A stretch of 63,729 bases of DNA, the filler included, from Chiloscyllium plagiosum (lineage: Eukaryota), in assembly GCF_004010195.1 (NCBI RefSeq). It is 5 parts of one record of this genome, joined end to end, with 100 filler letters (N's around TTAATTAATTAA, not from the genome) between each part and the next. Parts side by side here need not be neighbours in the genome. Positions count along the whole stretch, not along the records: positions 1 to 26,193 come from NC_057717.1; 4 more parts are not named here. One strand, given 5' to 3'. The position numbers were made by a program, and so were the translations under genes. Positions within the stretch are counted from its first letter, which is position 1, and each line of letters begins with the position of its first letter. The notes under the pieces are model-generated. The model saw nothing but the letters and a program-made list of their open reading frames with translations. It was not told the origin of the DNA and did no database searches. Of the stretch, positions 1 to 11,721 are shown piece after piece.

Positions 1-110
1 CACACACACACACAGTCACACACACACAGTCTCTCACACACACTCACTCACACTCACTCACTCACACTCACACACACACAATCACACATATATATATATA
101 TATAGATATA
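1..110. repeat. Compound microsatellite (CA)n/(CACT)n/(TA)n
   Basis: Directly visible simple repeats. Confidence 0.95.
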
Positions 111-284
111 TCAGGAGATACATGGCTGCCAGTCCTCAATCCTTGGGCAACTCCATGACAGACTTGCCTGCAGCCTGAGAATCATCCATTAAACATGAGC
201 CTCTTGGCTCATAATGCTCAATTTTGTATTCCCATCGCTGCTATTCCCCTTATTCCTCACAGTCTGCGTGTGGCCATGCATCAA

Positions 285-545
285 ACCAGGAGGAAGGTGG
301 TCTTATCACTGGACTGTTCGTCCAGAGGCCCAGGTCATGTTCTAGGGACCAGGTTTCAAATCTCCTCATGGCAAACAGTGGCACTCGAATTCAATTGGGA
401 AAAAAAACCTGGAGCGGATGCCTTTCAGAGACAGAAATCTACCAGCTGCACCTGGTCTGACCGAGGTGACTCCACATCTTATAGCACCGTGGTTGACTCC
501 TAACTACCCTCTGGGTGATTTAAGGATTAAGCGATGCCCTCATCC
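285..545 (+). mobile_element. Decayed tRNA-derived SINE (second shark SINE family, possibly DeuSINE/SacSINE1-like)
   Basis: Shares 'GTGACTCCA...GTGGTTGACTC' core and tRNA-like head with copies at ~2300-2565, ~13540-13925, ~37000-37300 and ~37730-38190. Family name from recall. Confidence 0.5.
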
Positions 546-1429
546 AGTGATTAGATAAAGAACAAGTGAAGTTTGCAAATTCTACCCCTCCCCCTCCCCC
601 AAAACCACCATGTCTGAGGTGGCTCCAGTCTCCTCCTCCCAGTCCGAAGATGCGCAGGTTAGCGTGGATTGGCCATGCCCGTGGTGTCCAGGGTTAGCCA
701 TGGGTAACCCAGGGTTACGGGGACAGGATGGTTCTGGAAGGGAGGATCTTCAGAGGGTCAGTGTGGACTCGCTAGGCCGAACGGCCTGCTTCCACACTGT
801 GGGGATCCCATGAACACTTTAAACCACCCACCTCAGTCGCCCTTCCCCCCTCATCAACTCTGTGCTGAAACATAAAAATTAAACAAAATGTACCTTGACC
901 CAATTCTCCCCCACCTCCCGGATAGGTCCGTGCTTAATGAAGCCACTTTTGTCCACGGCAGTAATAATGTTGTCTTAAACCGGGGGTTTATCCGACTGGG
1001 CCTGTTGTTGCTCAGCTAACCTTTCCACCCTCGCCCTGAACAAGGGGTTTAACATGAACAACGCTGCGGTGTTCTGGCCTCCATCTCGGAGTCAGACTAG
1101 AAAACTACAGTCAGAGTCTTCACAATTTTGCTTCCCTGGTATCCTCCATTTTAAGTACACGTGCAGCCTTGCGGGCAGCGCCTGATGGACTGTTAGCCTC
1201 TGCCGTGGCTGAACGTCCTTCTCCTACACCACGGCCGGTGTACTGTCGCCTTCCTTTGGTAAAGACAAGTGGGAAGTATTTAACAGCTCAGCTCCGCCCT
1301 CTTCCGATACGGGGAACATTCCCTACTCTTCAGTTCCTAATGGCCTTCCCTTGACTGTTCAGATTAATGATTCAGGTCAGGGAAGTGAATGTATTACAGA
1401 TGGCATAAAAACAGGTGGGAAAGCAGATT

Positions 1430-2112
1430 AGAGATGTATAGCACGGAAACGGACCCTTCGGCCTAACTCGTCCGTGCCGACCAGATATGCCATTTGCCAG
1501 CCCTTGGCCCATATCCCTCCAAACCCTTCCTATTCATGTCCCCATCCAGATGCCTTTTAAATACTGTCATTGTACCAGTCTCCACCACTTCCTCTGGCAG
1601 CTCATTCCACACACGCACCACCCTCTGCGTGAAAAAGTTGCCCCTTAGGTCCCTTTCCCCTCTCACCCTAAACCTATGCCCCTCTAGTTCTGGACTCCCC
1701 GACCCCAGGGAAAAGACTTTGCCTATTTACCCTATCCATTGCCCTCATGGTTTTATAAACCTCTATAAGGTCACCCCTCAGCCTCCGACGCTCCAGGGAA
1801 ACCAGCCCCAGCCTGTTCAGCCTCTCCCTGTAGCTCAGATCCCCCAATCCTGGTGACATCCTTGTAAATCCTTTCTGAGCCCTTTCAAGTTTCGCAACAT
1901 CTTTCCGATAGGAAGGAGACCAGAATTGCACGCAATATTCCAACAGTGGCCCTAACTAATGTCCTGTACAGCCGCAACATGACCTCCCAACTCCTGTACT
2001 CAATACTCTGACCAATAAAGGAAAGCATACCAAACACCTCCTTCACTATCGTATCTACCTGCGGCTCCACTTTCAAGGAGCTATAAACCTGCACTCCAAG
2101 GTCTCGTTGTTC
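1430..2112 (-). mobile_element. CR1 LINE, 3' end of ORF2 plus tail (5'-truncated, frameshifted)
   Basis: Minus-strand translations EYCVQFWSPSYRKDVAKLERAQKGFTRM...LERRRLRGDLIEVYK and FFTQRVVRVWNELPEEVV are the CR1 ORF2 C-terminus. Confidence 0.92.
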
Positions 2113-2299
2113 ACTTTAACAACTGTGTATTGGATTTAGAATGACAGTGATAATATTGGAGGCTGGGGGTATCCTCCCCTGCCTCTCTGCCAGGTTCGGA
2201 TTTTCCTGAACAATTCTTCCGTGGACAGTGGCTTTTTCTGGCCAAACCCAACACTCGTAGGCCATCTCAATTCCTCACCGAGGGTCTGACTCGGTCACT

Positions 2300-2565
2300 T
2301 TGGAAGGCAGTCTGGAGTCACATGTAGGCCAGACCAGGTGCGGATGGCAGTTTTCCTCCCCTGAAGGGCACGAGTGAAGCAGATGGGTTTTTCCCGACAA
2401 TCAACAATCGATTCATGGTCATCTTGAGACTCTTAATTCCAGATTGGTTTGATTGGATTCAAATTCTCCCATCTGCTGCTAAGCGGGATTTGAAGCTGGG
2501 TCCCCAGAACATTATCTCTCTGGATTACTAGTCCAGCGATAACATCACCAGGCCATCCCCTCCCC
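2300..2565 (-). mobile_element. tRNA-derived SINE (same family as 285-545)
   Basis: Reverse strand has a tRNA-like head (..GGACTAGTAATCCAGAG..CTTCAAATCCC) and the shared core TGGTCTGGCCTACATGTGACTCCAGAC. Confidence 0.6.
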
Positions 2566-2569
2566 GAAG

Positions 2570-3385
2570 GACATAGAACATAGAACATTCCAGCATAGTA
2601 CAGGCGCTTCGGCCCTCAATGTTGTGCTGACCTGTGGAACCAGTCTGAAGCCCATCTAACCTCCACTATTCCATTATCATTCCATTATTCCATTAACCCA
2701 CACTATCCCATTCTTGTCCCTATGTTTATCCAACGACCATTTCAATGCCCTTAAAGTTGGTGAATCTACTACTACAGCAGGCAGTGTGTTCCACGCCCCT
2801 ACTACTCCCTGAGTAAAGAACCTGGCTCTAACATCTGTCCTGTATCTGTCACCCCTCAGTTTAAAGCTATGTCCCCTTGTGCTCACCGTCACCATCCAGG
2901 GAAAGAGTCACCTCTCAACCTTCTTCTCTCTAATGAAAACAGCCTTAGGTCCCTCAGCCTTTCCTCATAAGACCTTCCCTCCGTACCAGGCAACATCCTG
3001 ATAAATCTCCTCTGCACCCTTTCCATAGCTTCCACATCCTTCCTATAATGCGGTGACCAGAACTGTACACAATACTCCACAATGCGGCCGCACCAGAGTT
3101 TTGTACAGCTGCAGCATGACCTCATGGCTCCGAAACTCAATCCCTCTGCCGATAAAGGCTAACATATCTTCTTATGCCTTCTTAACTGCCCTATCGACCT
3201 GGGTGGCAACCTCCAGGGATCTGGACACCGAGATCTCTCTGCTCATCCACATTACCAACAATCGTACCATTAGCTCAGTACTCTCCATTCCTGTTGCTTC
3301 TCCATTTGCCACCTCTCAGCCCAGCTCTGCAGCCTATCTCTGTCCCTCTGTAACCTACAGCATCCTTCCTCACTGTCCACAACTC
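2570..3385 (-). mobile_element. CR1 LINE 3' fragment with (CATAGAA)n tail
   Basis: EYCVQFWSPHYRKDVEAMERVQRRFIRMLPG and TRGHSFKLRGDRYRTDVRARFFTQGVVGAWN; tail repeat at 2571-2587. Confidence 0.9.
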
Positions 3386-3504
3386 AGTTTACAGGTTGAA
3401 TTTAAATTCTGCCGGATGCCGTCGTGGGATTGGAACTGCACAAAGTTTGTGAGAAGATTTGTAGCTTGGGTGCTCGTTGTTGTGGTTCTGTTCGCCGAGC
3501 TGGG

Positions 3505-3730
3505 CAACTTTTTCACCCAGAGGCTGGTGCGGGTGTGGAATGAGCTGCCAGAGGAAGTGGTGGGGGCTGGTACAATTTAAAAGGTGGATGGGGACAGGGA
3601 TAGGAAGAGTTTGGAGGGATACGGGCCAAGTGCTGGCAAACGGGACGAGGTTAGCTTCGGGATATCTGGGCCCGCACGGACGAGTTGGGCCGAAGGGTCT
3701 GTTTCCGTGCTGTACATCTCTGTGACTCTG
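3505..3730 (+). mobile_element. CR1 LINE extreme 3' end
   Basis: FFTQRLVRVWNELPEEVV followed by the GGGCCGAAGGGTCTGTTTCCGTGCTGTA tail. Confidence 0.85.
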
Positions 3731-4136
3731 TGCGTATCCATTTCGAGGAGACATTTCTGCTGTGGCCAATTTTACCAAGGCTTGTGCCCGCTGGGTAGTA
3801 ACCAGCTCTATGCCACAAACACCACCCCCCCCCACCCCTCACCAAGCACCGTCTCCAACAGTAGACAGTGTACTCATCGATCCCCCGTCCCCCCTGTCCT
3901 CAAGGACATTATCTCCGGCTCCTTTCACTCCCGCTTGCTATCCCTGCTTCCAAGTCAATTTCCCGAGGGATCACACATCTCGGCATTTAGACTTCGCCAC
4001 ACGCTAATGCACATGTGTCAAGCTGTGTCTGAACCCTGCGTTTCAGTGTAATGTTCCCTCACGTTAGAATACAATAGAAGAATTAGGGCAGGCTGGAATA
4101 GAATCACACAATCCTGACAGTGTCGAAACAGGCCAT

Positions 4137-4380
4137 TGCTGTGGTTCTGTTTGCCGAGCCGGGAATTTGTGTTGCAGACGTTTCGTCCCCTGTCTAGGTG
4201 ACAGCCTGAGTGCTTGGTTCCGGTTGTCAGTTCCAGCTGTCCGCTGCAGTGGCCGGTATATTGGGTCCAGGTCGATGTGTTTGTTGATAGAATCTGTGGA
4301 TGTGTGCCATGCCTCTAGGAATTCCCTGGCTGTCCTCTGTTTGCCTTGTCCTATAATAGTAGTGTTGTCCCAGTCATGTT
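4137..4380 (-). mobile_element. Penelope-like element 3' fragment (GIY-YIG C-terminal region plus degenerate hammerhead-like terminus)
   Basis: DWDNTTIIGQGKQRTAREFLEAWHTSTDSINKHIDLDPIYRPL; a related plus-strand copy lies at 45140-45615. Confidence 0.75.
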
Positions 4381-4727
4381 GGAACTGCAATCTGACCTGA
4401 AGGCTCCCCCCAGCCCTTGGGCAGTGGGTGATGGGACCAAGCCACTGATGAGGCACATGGGGGGTGGCGCCACCTATGAAATTGAGGGACGAGTGCAGGG
4501 TCATGGAACCAACAAAGACTCTTCAGTCAAACAGGGAGTGGACCTGCAGAGGCTGCTTTCCCCCACTAGGGGGTCACCTCACCTCAGTGTATACACAGAC
4601 ACTGCCTCTGTGCAGCCTGCAAGGTACAGAGAACAAGGGCTGGAAATCTGAAACAAACACAGGCAGTGCTGGAGAAACACAGCAGGTCTGACAGCTTTCT
4701 CCACAGTAAACATCTCCCAGTCCAATT

Positions 4728-5288
4728 AGCGCCAGGGACTGAGGTTTGATCCCAACCTCGGGGCGACTGTCTGCGTGGAGTTTGCACATTCTAACCCCCT
4801 CCCCGTGTCTGCGTGGGTTTCCTCCGGATGCTCTGTTTCCTCCCACTTGTCCAAAGATTAGCAGGTTAGGGTGGATTAGCCATGCTAAATTACCCATAGT
4901 GCCCTGGGATGTGCAGGTTAGGGTGGATTGGCCGTGCTAAATTACCCATAGTGCCCTGGGATGTGCAGGATAGGGTGGATTGGCCATGCTAAATTACCCA
5001 TAGTGCTTAGGGATGTGCGGGTTAGGATGGATTGGGCGTGCTAAATTACCCATAGTGCCCAGGGATGTGCAGGTTAGGATGGATTGGGTGTGCTAAATTA
5101 CCCATAGTGCCCAGGGATGTGCAGGTTAGGGTGGATTGGCCATGCTAAATTACCCATAGTGCCCAGGGATGTGCAGGTTAGGGTGGATTGGCCGTGCTAA
5201 ATTACCCATAGTGCCCAGGGATGTGCAGGTTAGGGTGGATTGGCTGTGCTAAATTACCCATAGTGCCCAGGGATGTGCAGGTTAGGTG
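4728..5288 (+). mobile_element. HE1/V-SINE-type SINE with internal 52-bp tandem expansion (~8 units, 4861-5285)
   Basis: SINE body (GGCGACTGTCTGCGTGGAGTTTGCACATTCT) followed by GCAGGTTAGGGTGGATTGGCCATGCTAAATTACCCATAGTGCCCAGGGATGT repeated with period 52. Confidence 0.88.
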
Positions 5289-5559
5289 AAAATAAGTAAT
5301 ACTGGAGATCACAGTGGGTCAGAGAGCATCCATGGAGCCAGAGCAAGCTAGATCTGAGCTGGAGTGAAGCATGGAGGGGGAACAGGGTGGTGGGGTGTAG
5401 AGTGCTGCTGGATATAAGATGCTAACAGTTCACATTCAGTGACTGGAATGTGCGAATGGAAGAACATAGGTGTGTCTATCTCCTAGACTGGAAAGAACAG
5501 ACTGTCCCAATGGGGTAGGGGGTAGGGAGAGGGAGAGGGAGGATACAGTGACAGAGAGT

Positions 5560-6350
5560 GCAACAAGTCAAGCTGAAAGAAAGGGAAGGCAGGGGAGTTG
5601 GTTCACAATGTGAAGGCGTTGAACCCAGTATTAAGCCTGGCGTGCTGTAGAGTGCCTCGTCTGAAGATGAGACAATGGTCCTCCAGTTTGCGCTGTGATT
5701 CACTGGAACACTGCAGCATGCCGAGGACAGACAGGTGGGCACGCAAGTGGGACGCTGCGCTAAAGTGAACGGCTACGGGGATGTCAGGGTGCACCAACCA
5801 GAGGTGTCCTGCAAAGCGGTCACCCAGTCTGCGATCGGTTTCTCCAAAGCGGAGTAGGCCACGCTGGGTGCAGTGAATACAACACCCAAGATTGGAGGAG
5901 GTACTGGCTGCTTCACCCGGACAGACTGTTGGATGGTGAGCAGGGAGGGGCTGAAGGGCCGAGTGATGCACCTTCCGCGGAAGGTGCCGTGGGAAGGGGG
6001 CAGGTGTTGATGGACCTGCAGAGGCTGCTTTCCCCCACTAGGGGTCACCTAGTCGAGGAAGGGCCCAGGGTGTCCCAGAGGGAAAGGTCCTTGCTAAATG
6101 AAGACAGGGGGAGTGAGGGGAACATAGTTTGGTGGTGGGGATCTGCTGGAGTTGTCTGAAATGGTGCAGAGGCTGGTGGAATGAAAAGTGAGATGGAGGA
6201 GGACCTGATCACGCTGTCCGGAGTGATGGAAAGGGGCAAGGGCAGAAGCAAGGGTGATAGGTCGGACGCGGTTGAGGGCCCAGTCAGCCACAGTGGGTGG
6301 GAAACCACAGTTATGGAAGAAGCAAGCCGGGTCAGCAACACTGTGTTGGA
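5560..6350 (-). mobile_element. Decayed Penelope-like element, GIY-YIG region (second family)
   Basis: CCIHCTQRGLLRFGETDRRLGDRFAGHL resembles the PLE GIY-YIG motif (YCIRC..C...YIGET.R.L..RF.EH); related to 21985-22460. Confidence 0.65.
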
Positions 6351-6353
6351 AGG

Positions 6354-6575
6354 TGCAGGTTAGGGTAGATTGGCCGTACTGAGTTACCCATAGTGCCTAG
6401 GGATATGCAGGTTAGGGTGGATTGGCCATGCTAAATTACCCATAGTGCCCAGGGATGTGTAGGTTAGGGAGGATTGGCTGTGGTAAATGCAGTGGTGTAA
6501 GGATGAGATGCTCTTCGCAGGATTGGTGTGGACTTGATGGGCCGAAGTGCCTGCTTCCACTCTGCAGGGATTTTC
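6354..6575 (+). mobile_element. HE1-type SINE 3' fragment with ~2 copies of the 52-bp unit
   Basis: Same unit as 4861-5285, followed by the GGGCCGAAG..CCTGCTTCCAC tail. Confidence 0.75.
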
Positions 6576-8058
6576 TGGACATTTTTGCCATCTCCAATCA
6601 TAGCCCCCACCTGCCCTGGGGAGGTGTAGGATGTTCACCCCTGTGTCTGCGACTAGGGGACAGTGTGTGACCACCCCCTCCATCCCCAAACCGACACCCC
6701 AGGGTCAATCCAGAAGGTTCCTCCCCACCCCCCCCCGCCTGTAGGATCCAGAGCAGCTGCCAAATCCACCCCCCTCCTCCCAAATAAAAAATCAGGTCCT
6801 CCCCTCGAGAACTGAGCACCAAACTCCAGGCTGTGCTGCACCAGTGCTCAGGCGTCGGGACAGGTGCTACATAAATGGAAGTCGCTCCCTTCTTCCACAA
6901 AGGATCCCTGAACAAACCTGATATCCCCCCTCCCCCCAAACTCTTCCTTAAATCGTTCTCTCCTGCCTCCCTAACCCAAAAATAAAGAAACTGTCCCCTT
7001 TAACAGTGTGCAATGTGATTAAGGACTTTATATAAACAACGTGCCCCTTTAAGGAATATTCCCCCCCCTCCTCCCCACTGCTCTGAAAGGCAGGCAAAAG
7101 ATTTTGCAAACTAACCCTTGGCTCTGTCTCTCTCTCTCTCTCTCAGATTTGTGCAACCTCTCAGCCCTGAGTCAGCTTTCTGCAGTTTGTTGTTCAGCAT
7201 ATTTCCCCCCCCCCCCCTTCCCTTCCCTTACAAATATATTATCTCTGACCTTGACATTATTGGAGGGCTGAGGTTGGATGTTGACCGAACTCCACACAAA
7301 AAAAAGGGAGGGGGGTGAGGTTTTGAGGGGCGGCTGGCAAGGTGTTGGGGAATTGAGTATAGAGAGAGACAGAGAGAGAGTGTGTGGGATGTTGGCATTG
7401 CATTCAAAGGAATACATATTACATATAAACTAAAATGAGCTGGGGTCTGTGAACGTGGTCTCTTTCCCCCTTCCCCGACCCTGTTGCCAAGTGCAAGGCT
7501 CTCGCTGCCGTCGAGGGGAGGAGCCAGGCGATATAAGAAAGCAATTCAGCAAAGACACAGAGACACACAAAAACAGTGAAGGTGGAATCTCGTTCCAACT
7601 CGGGGAGCCAGAGCAGGTTGCTAACCGGACAGAGAGAGAGAGAAAGGAGGTGGGGAGGGCTCATTGCAAGCCATTTTGCATTTCTGCCAGCCCCCAGCCA
7701 CGAAATGTTGGTGTTTTCCCTCTGGCTGAAGTCTGCTGGAATGATGCGGTGTTTTATGTGAGCCTCCCTCACCTCAACTTGTGTGTCTATGTCCTGGGAG
7801 CAGTCTCCAAACCTGTGCAAAGAGATTCCTGCTCCAGGGATCCAGGATTTCCCCTTGGCTTTAGTTGCTCTCTTGTAGTTTTGCACTCACCCCCCCCCCC
7901 CCCCTTTTTCCCTCACAAGATACTCCCAGCCCACTTTGTTTTGGTTTGCCCCTCCGGGGAGGGGTTTGGGTGTGTGTTGAGCATCTCTCTGCACCTTTCC
8001 CCATCAGTTTGCACGGTGCACAGCGACCCGCCTTGGCTGTTTTCAGAGGTCCGCAGGG

Positions 8059-8221
8059 ATGGCAGAGAGCAGCCGGCTGAGGAGCCCCTCCAGCCGGGGA
8101 GGGGGCAGGAGCTCCGAGTCCCTCCATTCGGCGGGGAGCGACAAGGGGGACCGAGGAGGCGGTGGGGGGGTGGCCCTGAAGAAGGAGATCGGGCTGGTCA
8201 GCGCCTGTGGCATCATCGTCG
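8059..8221 (+). CDS. slc7a8: Large neutral amino acid transporter small subunit 2 (LAT2), first coding exon
   Basis: ATG at 8059 reads MAESSRLRSPSSRGGGRSSESLHSAGSDKGDRGGGGGVALKKEIGLVSACGIIV(G), followed by the canonical donor G|GTGAGT at 8222 (phase 1). GGGGVALKKEIGLVSACGIIVG matches the LAT2 N-terminus as I recall it. Later exons were not found in the window. Confidence 0.93.
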
Positions 8222-8552
8222 GTGAGTGAACCTCTCTGCTCGACTCTTTTTCTTTCCAACAAAATCCAGCAACACCTTCCTCCCCCCTTTTGTGTGTGGG
8301 GGTGGGGGGGGTTACAGCTTTCAAACCGATTTGGACATTCTGCCATGGGAGTGCAAAGGGCTGGGGTTTGAGGGGGGGCTCTCCTGGTGAGTCAGAGTTG
8401 CAGGATATTTACTAGTACTGTGTCTTCCTTCAACCCCCCCCCCTCCCTCCATCACAGCCCCTGGGGGATGGGTGGGGAGAGGGGGCTAGAGGAGGGGCAA
8501 TTCTCTGCATCTACACTCCTTGACCTGCCCCCTCTTCCTCCCCATCCCATGA

Positions 8553-9250
8553 GGTCCATCAGGATTGTGTGCAATGGGAGGGAACGGGAAGGGGGTTTGG
8601 AGTCCATTAGGATTGTGTCCAATGGGAGGGAACGGGAAGGGGGTTTAGGGTCCATTGGGATAGTGTCCAATGGGAGGGAACGGGAAGGGGGTTTGGGGTC
8701 CATTGGGATAGTGTCCAATGGGAGTGAACGGGAAGGGGGTTTGGGGTCCATTGGGATAGTGTCCAATGGGAGTGAACGGGAAGGGGGTTTGGGGTCCATT
8801 AGGATTGTGTCCAATGGCAGGGAACGGGAAGGGGGTTTGGGGTCCATTGGGATAGTGTCCAATGGGAGTGAACGGGAAGGGGGTTTGGGGTCCATTGGGA
8901 TAGTGTCCAATGGGAGTGAACGGGAAGGGGGTTTGGGGTCCATTAGGTTAGTGTCCAATGGGAGTGAACAGGAAGGGAGTTTGGGGTCCAGCGGGATTGT
9001 GTCCAATGGGAGTGAACAGGAAGGGGGTTTGGGGTCCATTGGGATTGTGTCCAATGGGAGTGAACGGGAAGGGGGTTTGGGGTCCATTAGGTTAGTGTCC
9101 AATGGGAGTGAACAGGAAGGGAGTTTGGGGTCCAGCGGGATTGTGTCCAATGGGAGTGAACAGGAAGGGGGTTTGGGGTCCATTGGGATTGTGTCCAATG
9201 GGAGGGAACGGGAAGGGGGTTTGCAGTTCATTGGGATAGTGTCCAATGGG
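8553..9250. repeat. 48-bp minisatellite (~14.5 copies) in slc7a8 intron 1
   Basis: Unit TCCATTGGGATAGTGTCCAATGGGAGTGAACGGGAAGGGGGTTTGGGG; copies start at 8651 and 8699 (period 48). Confidence 0.97.
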
Positions 9251-11096
9251 CAGTGGCTGCTCCAATGTGATTGGGAAGGGGTGTAACAATACATGGAAGA
9301 GGGAAGAGCAACAAGACTTTGTCTCTGACTGTGCTGGCAAAGTGATGGTGAATCACAGTATTGGAATCACTGAGGGGGAGGGGGGGAACATTAGCATGGG
9401 ATAACAGGATAAAGCGCGATCCCGGAAGGTTAACAGACCCATTGGGGTGTGAACGGGCAAAACATTTTCACGCAAGAGCTTGGAAGAGAGGGCTGTGTGG
9501 CAGCCATGATGGTACGTGGGCAGGACGGGCAAACCATTGAGGCAATGCATGCTGGGAAACGGCCCCACTAGCGCCACAGTTTCAATGTTAAACACAAACT
9601 CAAGGTCACAAACTGCGAGGGTGACTTGGGAGGACTCTGATTGAAGGAAGCCAACAATAACTTACATTTACGTAGCTCATTTCAGATTGACATCTGCCAG
9701 GAAGGAAACCTGGCACTGACACACACACACACCGAGGCCAGGGACCAGAGTCCAGTTTGAGAGGTTCAGAAAGGAAGAAAGTGAGGTGGAGAGGGCACTC
9801 TATATTCCAGCAGGGGGCACAGGGAGCTGTAGGCATGGCCGCCCCGTGGCAGAGTGATTTCAAATTGGCTTTTCCCAAGAGGCTGGGATAGGAACGGGGG
9901 GGGGGGGCCGCGATCTCAGAGGGGCCTGGGCTGAAAGGCCATGGATTTGGAGAGAGGGGAGAAGAGGGTGAGAGTTTGAAAATCTTTAGCATTGGAGCCA
10001 GTGAGCAGGGAGGATGGGAAATGTGTGTGTGTGTGTGTGTGTGACGCGATGGCAGAGTTCGGGATGAGCCCAAATTCCCGGAGGCGGGAACGTGGTCAGA
10101 CCGGCCGGGAGCATGCATGTGAGAGCATGGCCAAGTCTGGGGGTAGCTCATGGAATGGCGGAACAGGCCCGAGGGGCTGAACAGCCTGCCGCTATCCCTA
10201 ACAGAGGTGGCAATATGTCAGCCGGCGGGGGGAATGGAATGCCTGTCGGGGACACGGGGGCTGGAGACCAACTGTACCACCCTGACCCACCCTCGCTAAA
10301 GGGCGGGCCAGGGAGCAGCTCCTACGTCTGTTCAGTGCCAATACTCCGCTGGCACCATTTCCAATTCCCTCGGGACTGTCTCGGAATCTAGGGAATTCTG
10401 CAGAATGGGAAGCCGTGAGCCCTGCAGTCAGCTCGTACGTCCCAGCATCTTGGCTGTCGGATGCCGGGGAATTTGTTGAATTCATTCCCGTGTCGCATCA
10501 TTTAAAGTTCCCGCTGCGTTTGCTCCAGGTTCTGTGTGTCTTCTGCTGTACCCATGCAACGCCTCAGTGTCTGCCTCCCGTCTCCCTGAACGGACCACGT
10601 TTATATTTGCTGATTTCTTCCCATTCAAACACCTAACCGGTGTGTTTTTTTTTTGTTTGTTTCACAATTCCTTGTCTCATGCTCATTTGCCCTTCCTGTC
10701 TCAGTTTCATGGTCCCATGATGAAATTCAGAACAAATTCTCCCAGGCTTACTGCTCATTTGAGAACATTTCCTTTGTCCTAATACTAGCTTTAAGTCTTT
10801 GGTTAGCGACTGTTTGACCACTCTTTTTTGTTCATCACATTGCCCCGCCCACCCCGGTGTTATTTTTTTGACAGGGATGTTTATTTAGCGGAGGTTGTGG
10901 ATTAACTCTCTAAACGTTTGCCATTGCTTGTCTCCCTTTGTGAAACAAATTTCCCATGCTCCTGGTGCAAGTCCAATTTATCAGGGCCTGAGACCCTGGT
11001 TCCGCAGTCGACTCAATCACTCTCAAACTGATCATGTTATGATCGCTGTTCCCCGCCACCCCTCCCCCCCCCAACACACTCACTCACTCTCACACA

Positions 11097-11721
11097 CGCA
11101 CTCTCTCGCACTCTCTCGCACTCTCTCGCACTCTCTCGCACTCTCTCGCACTCTCTCGCACTCTCTCGCACTCTCTCGCACTCTCTCGCACTCTCTCGCA
11201 CTCTCTCGCACTCTCTCGCACTCTCTCGCACTCTCTCGCACTCTCTCGCACTCTCTCGCACTCTCTCGCACTCTCTCGCACTCTCTCGCACTCTCTCGCA
11301 CTCTCTCGCACTCTCTCGCACTCTCTCGCACTCTCTCGCACTCTCTCGCACTCTCTCGCACTCTCTCGCACTCTCTCGCACTCTCTCGCACTCTCTCGCA
11401 CTCTCTCGCACTCTCTCGCACTCTCTCGCACTCTCTCGCACTCTCTCGCACTCTCTCGCACTCTCTCGCACTCTCTCGCACTCTCTCGCACTCTCTCGCA
11501 CTCTCACACACACTCACTCGCACTCTCACACTCACTCGCACTCTCACTCTCACACACACTCACTCGCATTCTTTCACTCACACACACTCACTTGCACTGT
11601 CTCACTCACTTGCACTGTCTCACTCAGACAGTCGCACTCTCTCACTCGCACTCTCTCTCACATACACTCTCGCACTCACTCGCACTCACTCGCACTCACT
11701 CGCACTCACTCGCACTCACTC
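11097..11721. repeat. (CGCACTCTCT)n 10-bp tandem array, degrading into CACT/CGCA variants before a gap
   Basis: About 40 perfect copies at 11097-11505; abuts the N gap 11722-12374. Confidence 0.97.

Noticed and set aside
7449..8225. 258-aa ORF overlapping the slc7a8 exon
   Set aside because: It is in a different frame from the conserved LAT2 peptide and has no recognisable homology.
8387..9294. 299-aa and 280-aa ORFs on opposite strands
   Set aside because: They arise from a stop-free 48-bp unit in an intron.
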